Source of the DNA: Candidatus Onthenecus intestinigallinarum
GTDB taxonomy: Bacteria; Bacillota; Clostridia; Christensenellales; Aristaeellaceae
Length of the DNA stretch: 64,000 bases
Reading direction: 5' to 3'
NCBI GenBank assembly: GCA_018713325.1
Contig: DVFJ01000017.1
Span: forward strand, 9,355-73,354
Shown here piece after piece: positions 21,500 to 31,208 of the stretch; positions within the stretch are counted from its first letter, which is position 1, and each line of letters starts with the position of its first letter. A program made the position numbers and the translations under genes. The notes under the pieces were generated by a model that saw nothing but the letters and a program-made list of their open reading frames with translations, was not told where the DNA came from and made no database searches.

Positions 21500-22981
21500 T
21501 CACTCCTTCGTCTCACGCATCATCGGCTGCAGCCGCTGCGACAGCTCCAGGTAGGCCGCGTAGCGCGCCTCATATGCCGCGCAGGCCGCCGCGTCCGGCC
21601 GGTGCGTACGCGTCACCCGAACCGTGCGCGCCGCCTCCGCCGCGTCCGCATAGACGCCCGCACCCATGCCCGCCAGCATCGCCGCGCCCAGCGCCGTGGC
21701 CGTGTCGCTGCCCGGCACCTCGATGGCCCGGCCCGTCACGTCCGCCTTGATCTGCGTCCACACGCGGCTGTTCGCCGCGCCGCCCATCGCCCGCAGCGTG
21801 CCCGCGCGCGCGCCCGCCGCCGCCGCCACGTCCAGGTTGTGCCGCAGCGAGAACGCCACGCCCTCCATCACCGCACGCACCAGATGCGCCCGACCCACGC
21901 CGTAGCGCAGGCCATAGAACGCGCCGCGCGCGTCCGGATTCCACAGCGGGCTGCGCTCGCCCTCCATGTAGGGCAGGAACAGCACCCCGCCGCTGCCCGC
22001 CGGCACGCCCGCCGCCAGCTCGCTCATCTGCTCAAAGCTCAGCTCCGGGCAGACCTGCTCGCGCAGCCACTTGAGCGCGCCGCCGCCGCCCGTCGTGCCG
22101 CCCTGCAGCAGCCAGCGCCCCGGCGCCACATGCTGGCTGAGGATCAGCCGCGGATCGGCCACCGGCGCATCCAGGCAGATGCTCATGCCGCCCGCCTGGC
22201 CGCCCTGCTCCTGCGTCTGCCCCGGCTCCGTCACACCCGCGCCCAGCGCGCCGCACGCCGCGTCCAGCCCGCCGGCGACCACCGGCGTGCCCGCCAGCAG
22301 GCCCGTGAGCGCCGCGGCCTGCGCCGTCACCCGGCCCACGACCTCGTGGCACGCGCGCACCGGCGCCAGCAGCTGCGCCGGCACCTGCAACGCCCTGGCC
22401 AGATCCAGATCCCAGCGGCCGCGGCGCACGTCAAAGCACGCCAGCCCGTAGCCCTGCGACGCATCCTGCGTGCACTCGCCCGTCAGCCGGCGCACGATAT
22501 AGCCGTTGGATTGCAGCACCGCTGCCGCGCGCGCCATTGCCTGCGGCGCGTGGCGCTGGTACCAGCGGATCTTGGGCAGCGTATAGCCCGGGCCCAGCGG
22601 ATTGCCGCTGCACGCAAACAGCGCCTCCGCCCCAGCCAGCCGCTCCATCTGCGCGCACTCCTCGCGCGCGCGCGTATCCGTCCAGATGGGCGTGGGCAGC
22701 AGCGCCTCGCCCTGCGCATCCACCGCGACCGCGGCCCAGCTCTGTCCGTCTACGCCCACGCAGGCCACCTCGCCCGGGCGCGCGCCCGCCGCATCCAGCG
22801 CCTCGCGCGTGGCCGCGCACGCCGCGCCCCACCAGTCCGCCGGGTCCTGCTCGGCCCAGCCCGGCTGCGGATGGCGCGTGGGATACCCGCGCGACGCCTG
22901 CGCGACGGTGCGCCCGTCCGGCGTAAACAGCGCCGCTTTGAGCGCCGAGGTGCCCACGTCGATGCCCAGCAGGTACGTCAT
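21500..22981 (-). CDS. FGGY-family carbohydrate kinase (xylulokinase-like)
   Basis: LLGIDVGTSALKA, WAEQDP, FLPYMEGERSP, AVMEGVAFSL, GGAANS. Confidence 0.9.
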   Translation of the reverse strand: MTYLLGIDVGTSALKAALFTPDGRTVAQASRGYPTRHPQPGWAEQDPADWWGAACAATREALDAAGARPGEVACVGVDGQSWAAVAVDAQGEALLPTPIWTDTRAREECAQMERLAGAEALFACSGNPLGPGYTLPKIRWYQRHAPQAMARAAAVLQSNGYIVRRLTGECTQDASQGYGLACFDVRRGRWDLDLARALQVPAQLLAPVRACHEVVGRVTAQAAALTGLLAGTPVVAGGLDAACGALGAGVTEPGQTQEQGGQAGGMSICLDAPVADPRLILSQHVAPGRWLLQGGTTGGGGALKWLREQVCPELSFEQMSELAAGVPAGSGGVLFLPYMEGERSPLWNPDARGAFYGLRYGVGRAHLVRAVMEGVAFSLRHNLDVAAAAGARAGTLRAMGGAANSRVWTQIKADVTGRAIEVPGSDTATALGAAMLAGMGAGVYADAAEAARTVRVTRTHRPDAAACAAYEARYAAYLELSQRLQPMMRETKE

Positions 22982-23820
22982 CAGGCCCTCCCCGCGCTGC
23001 CGCACACGCCGATCAGCTCGGCCACCCGCGCGCGCACCGCATCCCGTCCGGCTGAAAGATACCCCTTCGGGTCAAACGCCGCCCCGTGCGCCGCCAGGTA
23101 CGCCCGCACCGCCGCCGTAAACGCCGCGCGCAGGTCCGTCGCATAGTTCACCTTGCAGATGCCCCGCGCGATGCACGCGCGCACCGCATCCTCCGGCACG
23201 CCGCTCGTGCCGTGCAGCGCCAGCGGCACATCCACCGCCGCGCGGATCGCCTCCAGCCGCGCAAGGTCCAGCTTCGGCTCGGCCTTGTACACGCCGTGCG
23301 CCGTACCGATCGCCGGCGCAAAGCTGCTCACGCCCGTCAGGCGCACGAACCGCTCCGCCTCCTCCGGCTCCGTGTACGCCGCGTTCGCCTCCACGTCGTC
23401 CTCCTTGCCGCCGACCTTGCCCAGCTCCGCCTCGACCGGCATGCCCTGCGCCAAGTCGACCACCTGCCGCGTGAGCGCCACGTTTCCGTCAAAGGGCAGC
23501 GCCGAGCCGTCGATCATCACCGACGTGTAGCCCGCGCGCAGGCACCGCTCGGCCAGCTGCGCGCTGTCGCCATGGTCCAGGTGCAGCGCGACGGGCACAT
23601 CCGCCGCCTCCGCCAGCGCCCGCACGATCCCCGCAAACGCCTCCGGCGGCGCGTAGCGCAGCGTGCTGGACGTCGTCTGTACGATCACCGGCGCGCGCAG
23701 CGCCTGCGCCGCCTCCACCACCGCCTGGGCCATCTCCAGATTCTCCACGTTGAACGCGCCTACCGCATAGCCGTCCGCCTGCGCTGCGCGCAGCATCTCC
23801 CGGGTCGTCAAAAGTGGCAT
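22981..23820 (-). CDS. Class II ketose-bisphosphate aldolase (fructose/tagatose)
   Basis: YAVGAFN, LHLDHG, SVMIDGS, EAELG, IGTAHG, LHGTSG. Confidence 0.92.
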   Translation of the reverse strand: MPLLTTREMLRAAQADGYAVGAFNVENLEMAQAVVEAAQALRAPVIVQTTSSTLRYAPPEAFAGIVRALAEAADVPVALHLDHGDSAQLAERCLRAGYTSVMIDGSALPFDGNVALTRQVVDLAQGMPVEAELGKVGGKEDDVEANAAYTEPEEAERFVRLTGVSSFAPAIGTAHGVYKAEPKLDLARLEAIRAAVDVPLALHGTSGVPEDAVRACIARGICKVNYATDLRAAFTAAVRAYLAAHGAAFDPKGYLSAGRDAVRARVAELIGVCGSAGRA

Positions 23821-23954
23821 GGTATCCGCTCCTTTCCGCCGCCGCGTCACGGCGGCCTGCCGCTCGTTCCATTATCGCACATGCGCGCCCGCCGCGCAAT
23901 GGGTCATTTCCCGTTTTCCCGCGGCGCACAAAAAAAGCGGGGGCTTCCCCCCGC

Positions 23955-24338
23955 TCACAGCACATTGCCCAGCGCCGGCGCGTTGCGCTCCGGCAGCGAG
24001 CGCAGCGCCTCCTCCAGCAGCGCCGCCTGCATCAGCCCCTGCGCCCGCGAGCGCGCCTGCACGCTCGCCTCCACCCCCGCCAGCGCCCGGCTCACCTCGT
24101 CCAGCTGCGCATGGTCGATCCACAATTGCAGCCGCGCATGCGCCTCGTCCCAACCCGCGCGCAGCTGCTGCGCCTGCGTCTGCGCGGTCACCCAGTCATC
24201 CGCATCCATCGCGGCGCGCGCCGCCTGCGCCTGCCCAAGCAGCGCCTGCGACGCCCCGCGCGCCTCCCGCGCGCTGATGAAATGGCCCGCGCACAGCAGC
24301 AGCGGCAGCACAATCAGCAACGTCACCCGAAACTTCAC
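23955..24338 (-). CDS. DUF4363-like protein
   Basis: N-terminal TM, WDEAHARLQLWIDHAQLDEV, C-terminal LGNVL; coupled to DUF421 by a GTGA overlap. Confidence 0.65.
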   Translation of the reverse strand: MKFRVTLLIVLPLLLCAGHFISAREARGASQALLGQAQAARAAMDADDWVTAQTQAQQLRAGWDEAHARLQLWIDHAQLDEVSRALAGVEASVQARSRAQGLMQAALLEEALRSLPERNAPALGNVL

Positions 24339-25054
24339 CAGCGCACCTCCTGCGGCTCCATCGCCCGCAGCCGCCGCGGCTCGCCCCCGCGCGCCTGCGC
24401 GAACAGCTCGCCCTGCGTGTCCAGCGAGCACAGCAGCAGCTCCCCCGCGCCCGCAAAGCCCATCTCCCGCAGTTGCGACAGCAGCCACGCCTCGTCCCGC
24501 CCGCATGCCCCCAGCGCCGGCGCCTGCACCTGCCCGTCCAGCACCAGCAGCAGCGGCATGCCCTCATAGGGCGTGCGCACGCCCATCTCCTGCGCCGTCG
24601 GCGGCCGCCGCTGCGAGCGCGCAAACGCGTTGAGCGCGCCGTTGGTCTCCAGCACCGCCGTCTCCACATCCGCCACGTTGAGCAGTCCCTGCGCGCGCAT
24701 GCCCTCCAGCAGGTCATCCAGATCGAAGCACAGCCGCCGCAGCTCCGACAGCTGCACCTGCCCCCGGCGCACCAGCACGCTCGGCCGCCCGCAGATCAGC
24801 GCGCGCAGGCGGCGGCTTCGAAACGATGCGACCGTGATCAGGCTGTGCAGGAACAGCAGCGTCAGGATCGACACCACGCCGCTGTACAGCGACAGCCCCA
24901 CGTCGCCCATCGGCACGGCGGCCAACTCCGCGATCATCAGGGTGATGACCACCTCGAACGGCTGCAGCTGCGCCAACTGCCGCTTTCCCATCGCACGCAC
25001 CGCCACCACTGTGATCGCAAAGAGCAGCACCGTGCGCGCACACACCGTCAGCAT
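24335..25054 (-). CDS. DUF421 / YetF-family membrane protein
   Basis: MGKRQLAQLQPFEVVITLMIAELAAVPM, AVLETNG. Confidence 0.88.
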   Translation of the reverse strand: MLTVCARTVLLFAITVVAVRAMGKRQLAQLQPFEVVITLMIAELAAVPMGDVGLSLYSGVVSILTLLFLHSLITVASFRSRRLRALICGRPSVLVRRGQVQLSELRRLCFDLDDLLEGMRAQGLLNVADVETAVLETNGALNAFARSQRRPPTAQEMGVRTPYEGMPLLLVLDGQVQAPALGACGRDEAWLLSQLREMGFAGAGELLLCSLDTQGELFAQARGGEPRRLRAMEPQEVRW

Positions 25055-25078
25055 ACAAAAAAGCCCCCTTACAGGGGC

Positions 25079-25108
25079 TAGCTTTCCCGGTGCATGGACG
25101 CACTATGC
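25079..25108 (-). promoter_or_regulatory. Candidate forespore sigmaF-type promoter for DUF421
   Basis: GCATA-15-GGGAAAGCTA resembles the sigmaF consensus. Confidence 0.45.
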
Positions 25109-26212
25109 CTCGCGATAGGCGCGCAGCACATAGCACCCCTTGCCCTGAGCCTTTGCCTCATAGAGCGCCTTGTCCGCCTGACGAAGCAGCTCCTCCAGTC
25201 CGGCGGTCTGCTGCTGCATCCATATCCCGCCGATGCTCACCGCCAGCGGCTCGCCGATCATCTCTTGCGAAGCCCGCGACAGCTCCTCCCGCAGTATACG
25301 GCAGCGTTCCTGCAGCAGCGCGCCATCCCCCGCGTACTTGATCAGCACGCAGAATTCATCGCCCCCGAAGCGGCACACCACGTCCGTCGCGCGAAACACC
25401 CGCGTCAGCACCACGCCTGCTCCGCGCAGCAACTCGTCCCCCTTGAGATGACCCAGCCGGTCGTTTACCTGTTTGAAGTCGTCCAAGTCGATCATCAGCA
25501 GCATGCACGTGATCCGCTCGCCCGCGCTCTCCAGATAGCGGCGCATCTCCGCCTCACCCGTCGCCTTGTTGAGCACGCCCACCAGCCCGTCGTGCATGCT
25601 CAGCTGCTGATAGCGCACGCGCATCTCATGATCCTGCATGCGCAGGTTCTGCACCATGACGCCCACGCACAGCGAACACAGCAGCCCCACCAGCGCGCCG
25701 AACGCGTCGTACTGCGCCACGGAGGGCAGCTTGAGCCGGTAGCTCATCGCCACGTACAGCGCCTCTGCCGCCAGAATCGGCAGGTAGCTCAGACGCAGCG
25801 GCAGCACAAACAGCACCGGCAGCGCAATGACGATGACCGGCATGAACGTGCCGCGCACCGCCTGCCCCTCCAGCGCATCGATCAGCGCGCAGAAGAACAG
25901 GATCGTCGACTCGCACAGCAGCGTTACCGCCGTGCTCAGCGTCGGCCTGGGCCGGCGCATCCGCCGCACCAGGCGCACCAGCGCATACACGACCACCATG
26001 GAGGGGAAGAACAACAGATGTTGGGGCGTCGGATGCCAGCCACGAATGATCTGCGGCGTGACCGCGTAGAAGAACAGCAGCAGGCTGCACGTCAGCAGGC
26101 AGGCCGCCTCTGACAGGCGCAGGTTGCGCGCCGCGATCTCGTTGCGCGCCTCGCGCCGATAGCGCGCATGGCGCGAAAACACCCGCACAGCCTGGCGCAA
26201 GCGACGCTCCAT
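25103..26212 (-). CDS. Membrane-bound diguanylate cyclase (GGDEF)
   Basis: Multiple TMs; IDLDDFKQVNDRLGH, RFGGDEF, ADKALYEAK. Confidence 0.92.
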   Translation of the reverse strand: MERRLRQAVRVFSRHARYRREARNEIAARNLRLSEAACLLTCSLLLFFYAVTPQIIRGWHPTPQHLLFFPSMVVVYALVRLVRRMRRPRPTLSTAVTLLCESTILFFCALIDALEGQAVRGTFMPVIVIALPVLFVLPLRLSYLPILAAEALYVAMSYRLKLPSVAQYDAFGALVGLLCSLCVGVMVQNLRMQDHEMRVRYQQLSMHDGLVGVLNKATGEAEMRRYLESAGERITCMLLMIDLDDFKQVNDRLGHLKGDELLRGAGVVLTRVFRATDVVCRFGGDEFCVLIKYAGDGALLQERCRILREELSRASQEMIGEPLAVSIGGIWMQQQTAGLEELLRQADKALYEAKAQGKGCYVLRAYREA

Positions 26213-26294
26213 TTCCCGGTTCCCTCCTTCCTGCCAAACAGCATTGCTTTATCATAGCAGATTTTTCGCCCAAAATCCACCATAGAGTCGTTTT

Positions 26295-26654
26295 TTATGC
26301 CGGGCCCTTCCGCTCCCCACACAGCGCGATCTTGTGATCCAGCCGGCGCAGCGCCTGCTGCATGTCCTCCACCCGCGCCTGCAGCAGCGCCCGCTGCGAC
26401 AGCAGGATCTCCCGCCGCGCCGCAGCCGTATCGCCCGGCTCCCGGCACAGGCGCACATATTCGATCAGCGCCTCGATCTGCACGCCCGCCGCGCGCATGC
26501 ACTTCATCAGCTCGATCCATCCGCACGCGGTCTCATCGTAGTCCCGCCGCCCGCTCGGCGTGCGCGGCACGCGCGGAATGAGTCCAATGCGTTCATAGTA
26601 GCGCAGCGTGTCCGGCGTCAATCCATAGCGCCGGCTTGCCTCCGTGATGGTCAT
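26295..26654 (-). CDS. MerR-family regulator (AdhR/NmlR-like)
   Basis: MTITEASRRYGLTPDTLRYYERIGLIP; WIELMKCMRAAG with the conserved Cys. Confidence 0.9.
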   Translation of the reverse strand: MTITEASRRYGLTPDTLRYYERIGLIPRVPRTPSGRRDYDETACGWIELMKCMRAAGVQIEALIEYVRLCREPGDTAAARREILLSQRALLQARVEDMQQALRRLDHKIALCGERKGPA

Positions 26655-26700
26655 GGCATTCGCCTCCGTCCCCTGTGCGGCGCGAGAGCCGCCTCCTTCC

Positions 26701-26731
26701 AGGATACACCCTGGAGCCAACTCCATGCAAG
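26701..26731 (-). promoter_or_regulatory. MerR-type promoter/operator
   Basis: Palindrome TGGAG-N4-CTCCA (26712-26725) in the long spacer between TTGCA and TATCCT. Confidence 0.6.
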
Positions 26732-26775
26732 CGCAAAAAACCGGACGCCCCCTGCGGGACGCCCGGGGCACGCCG

Positions 26776-27603
26776 TCAGTCCTGCGCCTGCTTGAGCGCC
26801 TCGTAGTACGGATCGCCCTCGAAGTCGCGTTCTGGCAGCGGATCGCCGCCCAGTTCCTCCCCGGCGTTGCGGATCTCGACGTAATCCAAATAGTTGACGC
26901 CGGGCGCCGCCGCAGCCTCGCGCAGCGCGGGAATGGCCCGCGCATCGCCCAGCTTGCCCAACATGGAGGCAAAAAGCGCGCATGGCCGCTCCGAGAACTT
27001 GCGCATTGCCAGCTGATAGATACGCTCGTCTCCAGGATAGTTGCACAGGATGTCCAGAAACACCTCTTGCGCGACGGGCGTGGCGCGGTCCAATGCCTGC
27101 AAAATCGGCCCGACGGCCTTCTCGCCCATCGCCTGCAGCGACTCGGCGCACATATCGGCCTGCTCGTGCGGCACAGGGCATCCGGCAATCAGGTCGACGT
27201 AGCGCTGCATGGGTTGCTCCGAACCCAGCTCGCGCAACAGTGTGATGGCCGTCAGCACGGCGTCATAGGGCGCCTGGGCATCGTCCAGCAGCTGCAGCAG
27301 CCGCGCCTCCGACGGCGCGCCCAGATCCACAATGCGCTCCAGCAGCTGGTCGGGCACGGGCACCTTTTTCTGAAAGTACTCCACCATCCAGCGCACGAGC
27401 AGGTCCGCGTCGTCATAGGCGGTGAAATACAGGGCCGGCGTCTGTCCATCCAGCCACGGGGCCGGCTCATTGAGGAAGCGCAGGTACACCTCGGGCATCT
27501 CCGCCTCCATGCGCTCGGCGTTGCCGCCCAGACGCGCACTGTTTTTCTGCATCCATTCGCGCACATAGCGCTCGAACGCCTCGTCAAAGTTGACGCAATT
27601 CAT
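26776..27603 (-). CDS. Conserved hypothetical alpha-helical (HEAT-like) protein
   Basis: Long ORF with host-like codon usage; LGKLGDARAIPALREA; GGAGG RBS. Confidence 0.7.
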   Translation of the reverse strand: MNCVNFDEAFERYVREWMQKNSARLGGNAERMEAEMPEVYLRFLNEPAPWLDGQTPALYFTAYDDADLLVRWMVEYFQKKVPVPDQLLERIVDLGAPSEARLLQLLDDAQAPYDAVLTAITLLRELGSEQPMQRYVDLIAGCPVPHEQADMCAESLQAMGEKAVGPILQALDRATPVAQEVFLDILCNYPGDERIYQLAMRKFSERPCALFASMLGKLGDARAIPALREAAAAPGVNYLDYVEIRNAGEELGGDPLPERDFEGDPYYEALKQAQD

Positions 27604-29308
27604 TTGATCCCTCCGTTCCGGTTTCCCGTCCGTCCGCATGTCCGGCGCGACGCCAGGCGTTGAGCAGGTCTTTTGTACGCGCGCGCAGCAGCCGCGGCGG
27701 CAGCCTGTGGGCGCGCGCCGTCTCGTTCACCTCGGCCGGCCGCCCCAGTGTGACGCGCACCGCGCACTCCAGCGCAGCCTGCCAGGCCGGCAGGCCACGC
27801 GCCGCGCCGCGCGGCCTGCCGCACAGCCACACGCGCTCCACCTGCGCGCCGACGTCGCCCAGCGCGTCCAGCAGGCGGTCCGTCGCTCCGCGCACGATGC
27901 GCGCCTGCGCCGGGCTCAGATATGCCGAAGGATCTGCCACGCGCACGAGCCGCCCGTCGAGCAGCGCCAGCGGCGCGCAGGTCTCGCCCATACGCCGCAG
28001 ACATTGCGCGACCTCCAGGCGCTCGGACTCCCCAGGGCCCGGCTCGGTCAGCAGACGTGTGAGCATCGCCCGCGCGCCGCATCCACCGGCCTGCTCCAGC
28101 GCGCGCAGGGCATCGTCAAAGGCAGGCGTCCCCGACAGGCGCATGCGCAGCACCCATAGCGCCTCTTCGCAAAACATTGCATTTGAGACCAGCTGTCCGG
28201 CAAGCGCGTCGCCGCCCTGCCGCATCTGTTCGTGCAATTCTTCCGTCCAGCGGGCGGCCATGGCCTGCGGCGGTCCGGGCAGATACGGAAAGCGCTCGTC
28301 GTCCCGCGGCGGTCGTTCGTCGCCCACGTCCCTGCGCGCCCGCGCATACCGGTAGCACGCCGCATAGACCGGATTGCGCGGGAACAGCCGCGTCAGCCGG
28401 CCGAGCAGCCGCGTCGCCTCTGCCGCGCGTCCCGTGTTCATCGCGGCGGCGGCCATCATCCACAGCCGGTCCTCCCCCAGCGGCTCGCGCGCCTTCAGCT
28501 GCGAGAGCTCCCAGTATGCAATCCCGTCCTGGCCGATCTCGCACGCCGTGCAGGCCACCAGATACTTCTCCTGCTCCGACAGGCGTTCCTCCCGCGCGCG
28601 CTCGAGCGTCGCGCACGCCTGTTCCCGGTCGCCCGCCTGCGCCTGCGCCAGCGTCAGCGTGCACAGCGCCTGCACGCTGTACGCATTCAGCGCCACCGCA
28701 CGCTGCGCCGCCGCCAGACCCGCCGCCGCGTCGCCCGCCTGCATGTGGCAGTGCGCCAGCAGCACCGCCGCGTCTGCGCCGCCGCGGGACGCCGCACGCT
28801 CCAGCAGCGCCTGCGCGCGCGCGAAACTGCCATGGCTCATCGCATCCAGCCCGCGGCGCATGAGCAGCGCGACATGCGCTTGCCCTGAGCCCCGTTTTGC
28901 GCCCGTCATGCGCGCCCTTCCGGCGGACCACAGCGCATTCGCGCACGCCTCCAGCACCGCGTCCGCCATGCGCGCACAGTGCTCCTCGTCCGCATGCAGA
29001 CAAAGCGCCGCCGCATCGCGCGCGCATCCCGGCTCCTGGCAGCGCATGAAGTTGACCGCCGCCAGGCACGCCGCCACGGGATCCGGCTGCTCGCCCTGGA
29101 GCATCGGCAGGAGCAGTTCGTTGGCCTGCGCCGGATAGCCCATCTGCGCCAGCACGCCGGCAATCTGCCGCTCCACCTCATCATCCGCGCCCGGCCGTCC
29201 GCGCGCGACGTACAGCAGCGTCAGCGCCTCTGCCAGGCGTCCCTCTTCGCGCCGCCTCTGCGCCTTGCGCAGCAGATAGAGGGCCGGCCTGTCAAACTGT
29301 ACGATCAT
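27584..29308 (-). CDS. TPR-repeat protein
   Basis: Repeated Ala/Leu helical pairs; operonic with hslO. Confidence 0.65.
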   Translation of the reverse strand: MIVQFDRPALYLLRKAQRRREEGRLAEALTLLYVARGRPGADDEVERQIAGVLAQMGYPAQANELLLPMLQGEQPDPVAACLAAVNFMRCQEPGCARDAAALCLHADEEHCARMADAVLEACANALWSAGRARMTGAKRGSGQAHVALLMRRGLDAMSHGSFARAQALLERAASRGGADAAVLLAHCHMQAGDAAAGLAAAQRAVALNAYSVQALCTLTLAQAQAGDREQACATLERAREERLSEQEKYLVACTACEIGQDGIAYWELSQLKAREPLGEDRLWMMAAAAMNTGRAAEATRLLGRLTRLFPRNPVYAACYRYARARRDVGDERPPRDDERFPYLPGPPQAMAARWTEELHEQMRQGGDALAGQLVSNAMFCEEALWVLRMRLSGTPAFDDALRALEQAGGCGARAMLTRLLTEPGPGESERLEVAQCLRRMGETCAPLALLDGRLVRVADPSAYLSPAQARIVRGATDRLLDALGDVGAQVERVWLCGRPRGAARGLPAWQAALECAVRVTLGRPAEVNETARAHRLPPRLLRARTKDLLNAWRRAGHADGRETGTEGSNELRQL

Positions 29309-29345
29309 GCGCGTCCCTCCTTCCTGGATGCGTTGGCGTTTCCGT

Positions 29346-30233
29346 TCAGGCGCTCACTGCGCGCTCCAGCAGCGTGCGCAATTCCTCTGCCGTAAACGCA
29401 TAGCGGCGCCGGCAGAAGTGACAACACACCTCCGCGCCGCCGTCCTGCTCGATCATCTCGCCAAGCTGCTGCGCACCCAGGCTGATCAGCACGCGCTCGA
29501 TGCGCGCCCGGTCGCAGTCGCACGAAAGGCGCAGGGGCGATTCGCCCACCACCTGCGGCTCCAGCCCGCGGAAATACGCCTCGACCAGCGCGTGCACGTC
29601 CATGTCACACAGCGCGGAGCTGATCGCTCCGTACAGCTCGGCACGCGCTTCCAGATGCCCCAACAGTTCCTCCGTGCAGCCCGGCATCGCCTGCACGAGC
29701 AGCCCGCCGCTGGCGCGCACCTCCTGCCCCACCAGCACGCCCAGCGCGCACAGCGACGGCGTCTGCTCCGAGGCCGTATAGTACATGGCAAAGTCCTCTG
29801 CAACCTCGCCGCTGACCAGGTTCACCTGGCCCACGTATGGTGCGACCCCCGGCAGCGCGCGCATCACGCTCAGCCGACCGTCCCGACCCAGCGCGCCGCC
29901 CACGTCCAGCTTGCCGTCCGCCCGCAGCGGCAGCTCCACCCGCGGCTCTTCCAGCGCAACCTTCACCGCGCCGTCCGCGCCCGCCACCGCCGTCAGCGTG
30001 CCCGCCGGGCCGCCGCCGCGAATCGTCGCCGTCACGCGCTCGTCCTCGCCCTTGAGCTGCGCGCCCAGCATCGCCGCAGCGCTGATCATCCGCCCCAGCG
30101 CTGCCGTACACACGTTGCTCGCGCCGTGGATCTCCCGCGCCGCCTGCGCCATGCCCGTCGTGTCGCACAGGAATGCCCGTGCCTGTCCGCCCATCAGCGT
30201 CAGCCGCAGCAGCGTGCCCCGCGCCTCGCTCAT
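29346..30233 (-). CDS. hslO: Hsp33 redox-regulated chaperone
   Basis: SGEVAEDFAMYYTASEQTPS, GGLLVQAMPG, CDC...CHFC zinc switch. Confidence 0.94.
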   Translation of the reverse strand: MSEARGTLLRLTLMGGQARAFLCDTTGMAQAAREIHGASNVCTAALGRMISAAAMLGAQLKGEDERVTATIRGGGPAGTLTAVAGADGAVKVALEEPRVELPLRADGKLDVGGALGRDGRLSVMRALPGVAPYVGQVNLVSGEVAEDFAMYYTASEQTPSLCALGVLVGQEVRASGGLLVQAMPGCTEELLGHLEARAELYGAISSALCDMDVHALVEAYFRGLEPQVVGESPLRLSCDCDRARIERVLISLGAQQLGEMIEQDGGAEVCCHFCRRRYAFTAEELRTLLERAVSA

Positions 30234-30994
30234 ACGCTCTCCTCCTCTGTCTCCGGCGGCCGAAACGCCGCAAGGTGAATCCGCTCGTCCTGCGCGCACG
30301 GCGCCTGCAGCGTCTGCCCGCCGTACATCCGCACGCCGCAAAACCCCGCAGCCCGCAGCGCCGCCTCCAGCTCGTCCGTCTCGTACGCCCGCTGGCGGTG
30401 CAGCTCCCGAAACCGCCGGTAGCGCCCGTCCGCCTCGCGCACGAAGAACGTCACGTCCATCTCCGCCACCCGCGCCGCCGCGTCGTAGCGGCTCTGCCAC
30501 AGGTAGCACACATCGTCCCGCTCCTCGCCGAAGAACGCATTGCCCAGCACGTCGCGCAGCTTGTGCGCCGTCGACACGTCGAAGAACAGTCCGCCTCCCG
30601 GCCGCAGCGCCGCATAGGCCGCCCGGAAAAACGCGGCCGCGTCGCCCTCGCCCGTCAGGTAGTTCACCCCGTCGCACGTGCACAGCACCGCGTCCACGCG
30701 CCGCCCCAGCGTCAGGCCGCGCATGTCCTGGCGCGCCAGCGTCACGCGCACGCCCGCGTGGCGCGCCTTTTCCGCCGCCCGCTCCAGCATCGCCTGCGAC
30801 AGGTCCAGCCCCGTCATCTCATAGCCCATGCGCGCCAGGCGCACCGTCAGGCTGCCCGTGCCGCATGCGCACTCCGCCACGCGCCTGACCGGCCGCGCGC
30901 ACAGGCCCATCAGATGCGCATAGTGCGCCGCCCAGGCGTCGTAGTCCACGTCGTCCATGAGCCGGTCGTACACCTGCGCAAACTCCCCGTACAA
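30230..30994 (-). CDS. Class I SAM-dependent methyltransferase (YqeM-like)
   Basis: FAQVYDRLMDDVDY, ECACGTG, GLDLSQAML, LRPGG. Confidence 0.9.
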   Translation of the reverse strand: MYGEFAQVYDRLMDDVDYDAWAAHYAHLMGLCARPVRRVAECACGTGSLTVRLARMGYEMTGLDLSQAMLERAAEKARHAGVRVTLARQDMRGLTLGRRVDAVLCTCDGVNYLTGEGDAAAFFRAAYAALRPGGGLFFDVSTAHKLRDVLGNAFFGEERDDVCYLWQSRYDAAARVAEMDVTFFVREADGRYRRFRELHRQRAYETDELEAALRAAGFCGVRMYGGQTLQAPCAQDERIHLAAFRPPETEEESV

Positions 30995-30998
30995 TGCG

Positions 30999-31166
30999 CT
31001 ACCGCTCCTTCCCGCGCGCGCGCCGCCGTGCGGACATGCGTCCGCCGATCCGGCCCGCCTGCGCCGCCGTCAGTCCGCCCCAGCCGACCTCCAGCAGGCG
31101 CTCCAGCAGCCCTTCCTCCCGCGCCGCCGCGTACTTCTCCCGCAGCCGCTGCGTCTTTGCGTCCAT
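30999..31166 (-). CDS. Small acid-soluble spore protein, alpha/beta-type family (55 aa)
   Basis: Manual translation MDAKTQRLREKYAAAREEGLLERLLEVGWGGLTAAQAGRIGGRMSARRRARGKER; GGGAGG RBS; sigmaG-like GCATA...CAACCCTA upstream. Below the ORF-track cutoff. Confidence 0.8.
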   Translation of the reverse strand: MDAKTQRLREKYAAAREEGLLERLLEVGWGGLTAAQAGRIGGRMSARRRARGKER

Positions 31167-31208
31167 GCGCATCCCTCCCGCGGGTAGGGTTGCGCGCGTC
31201 CCGGCGCG

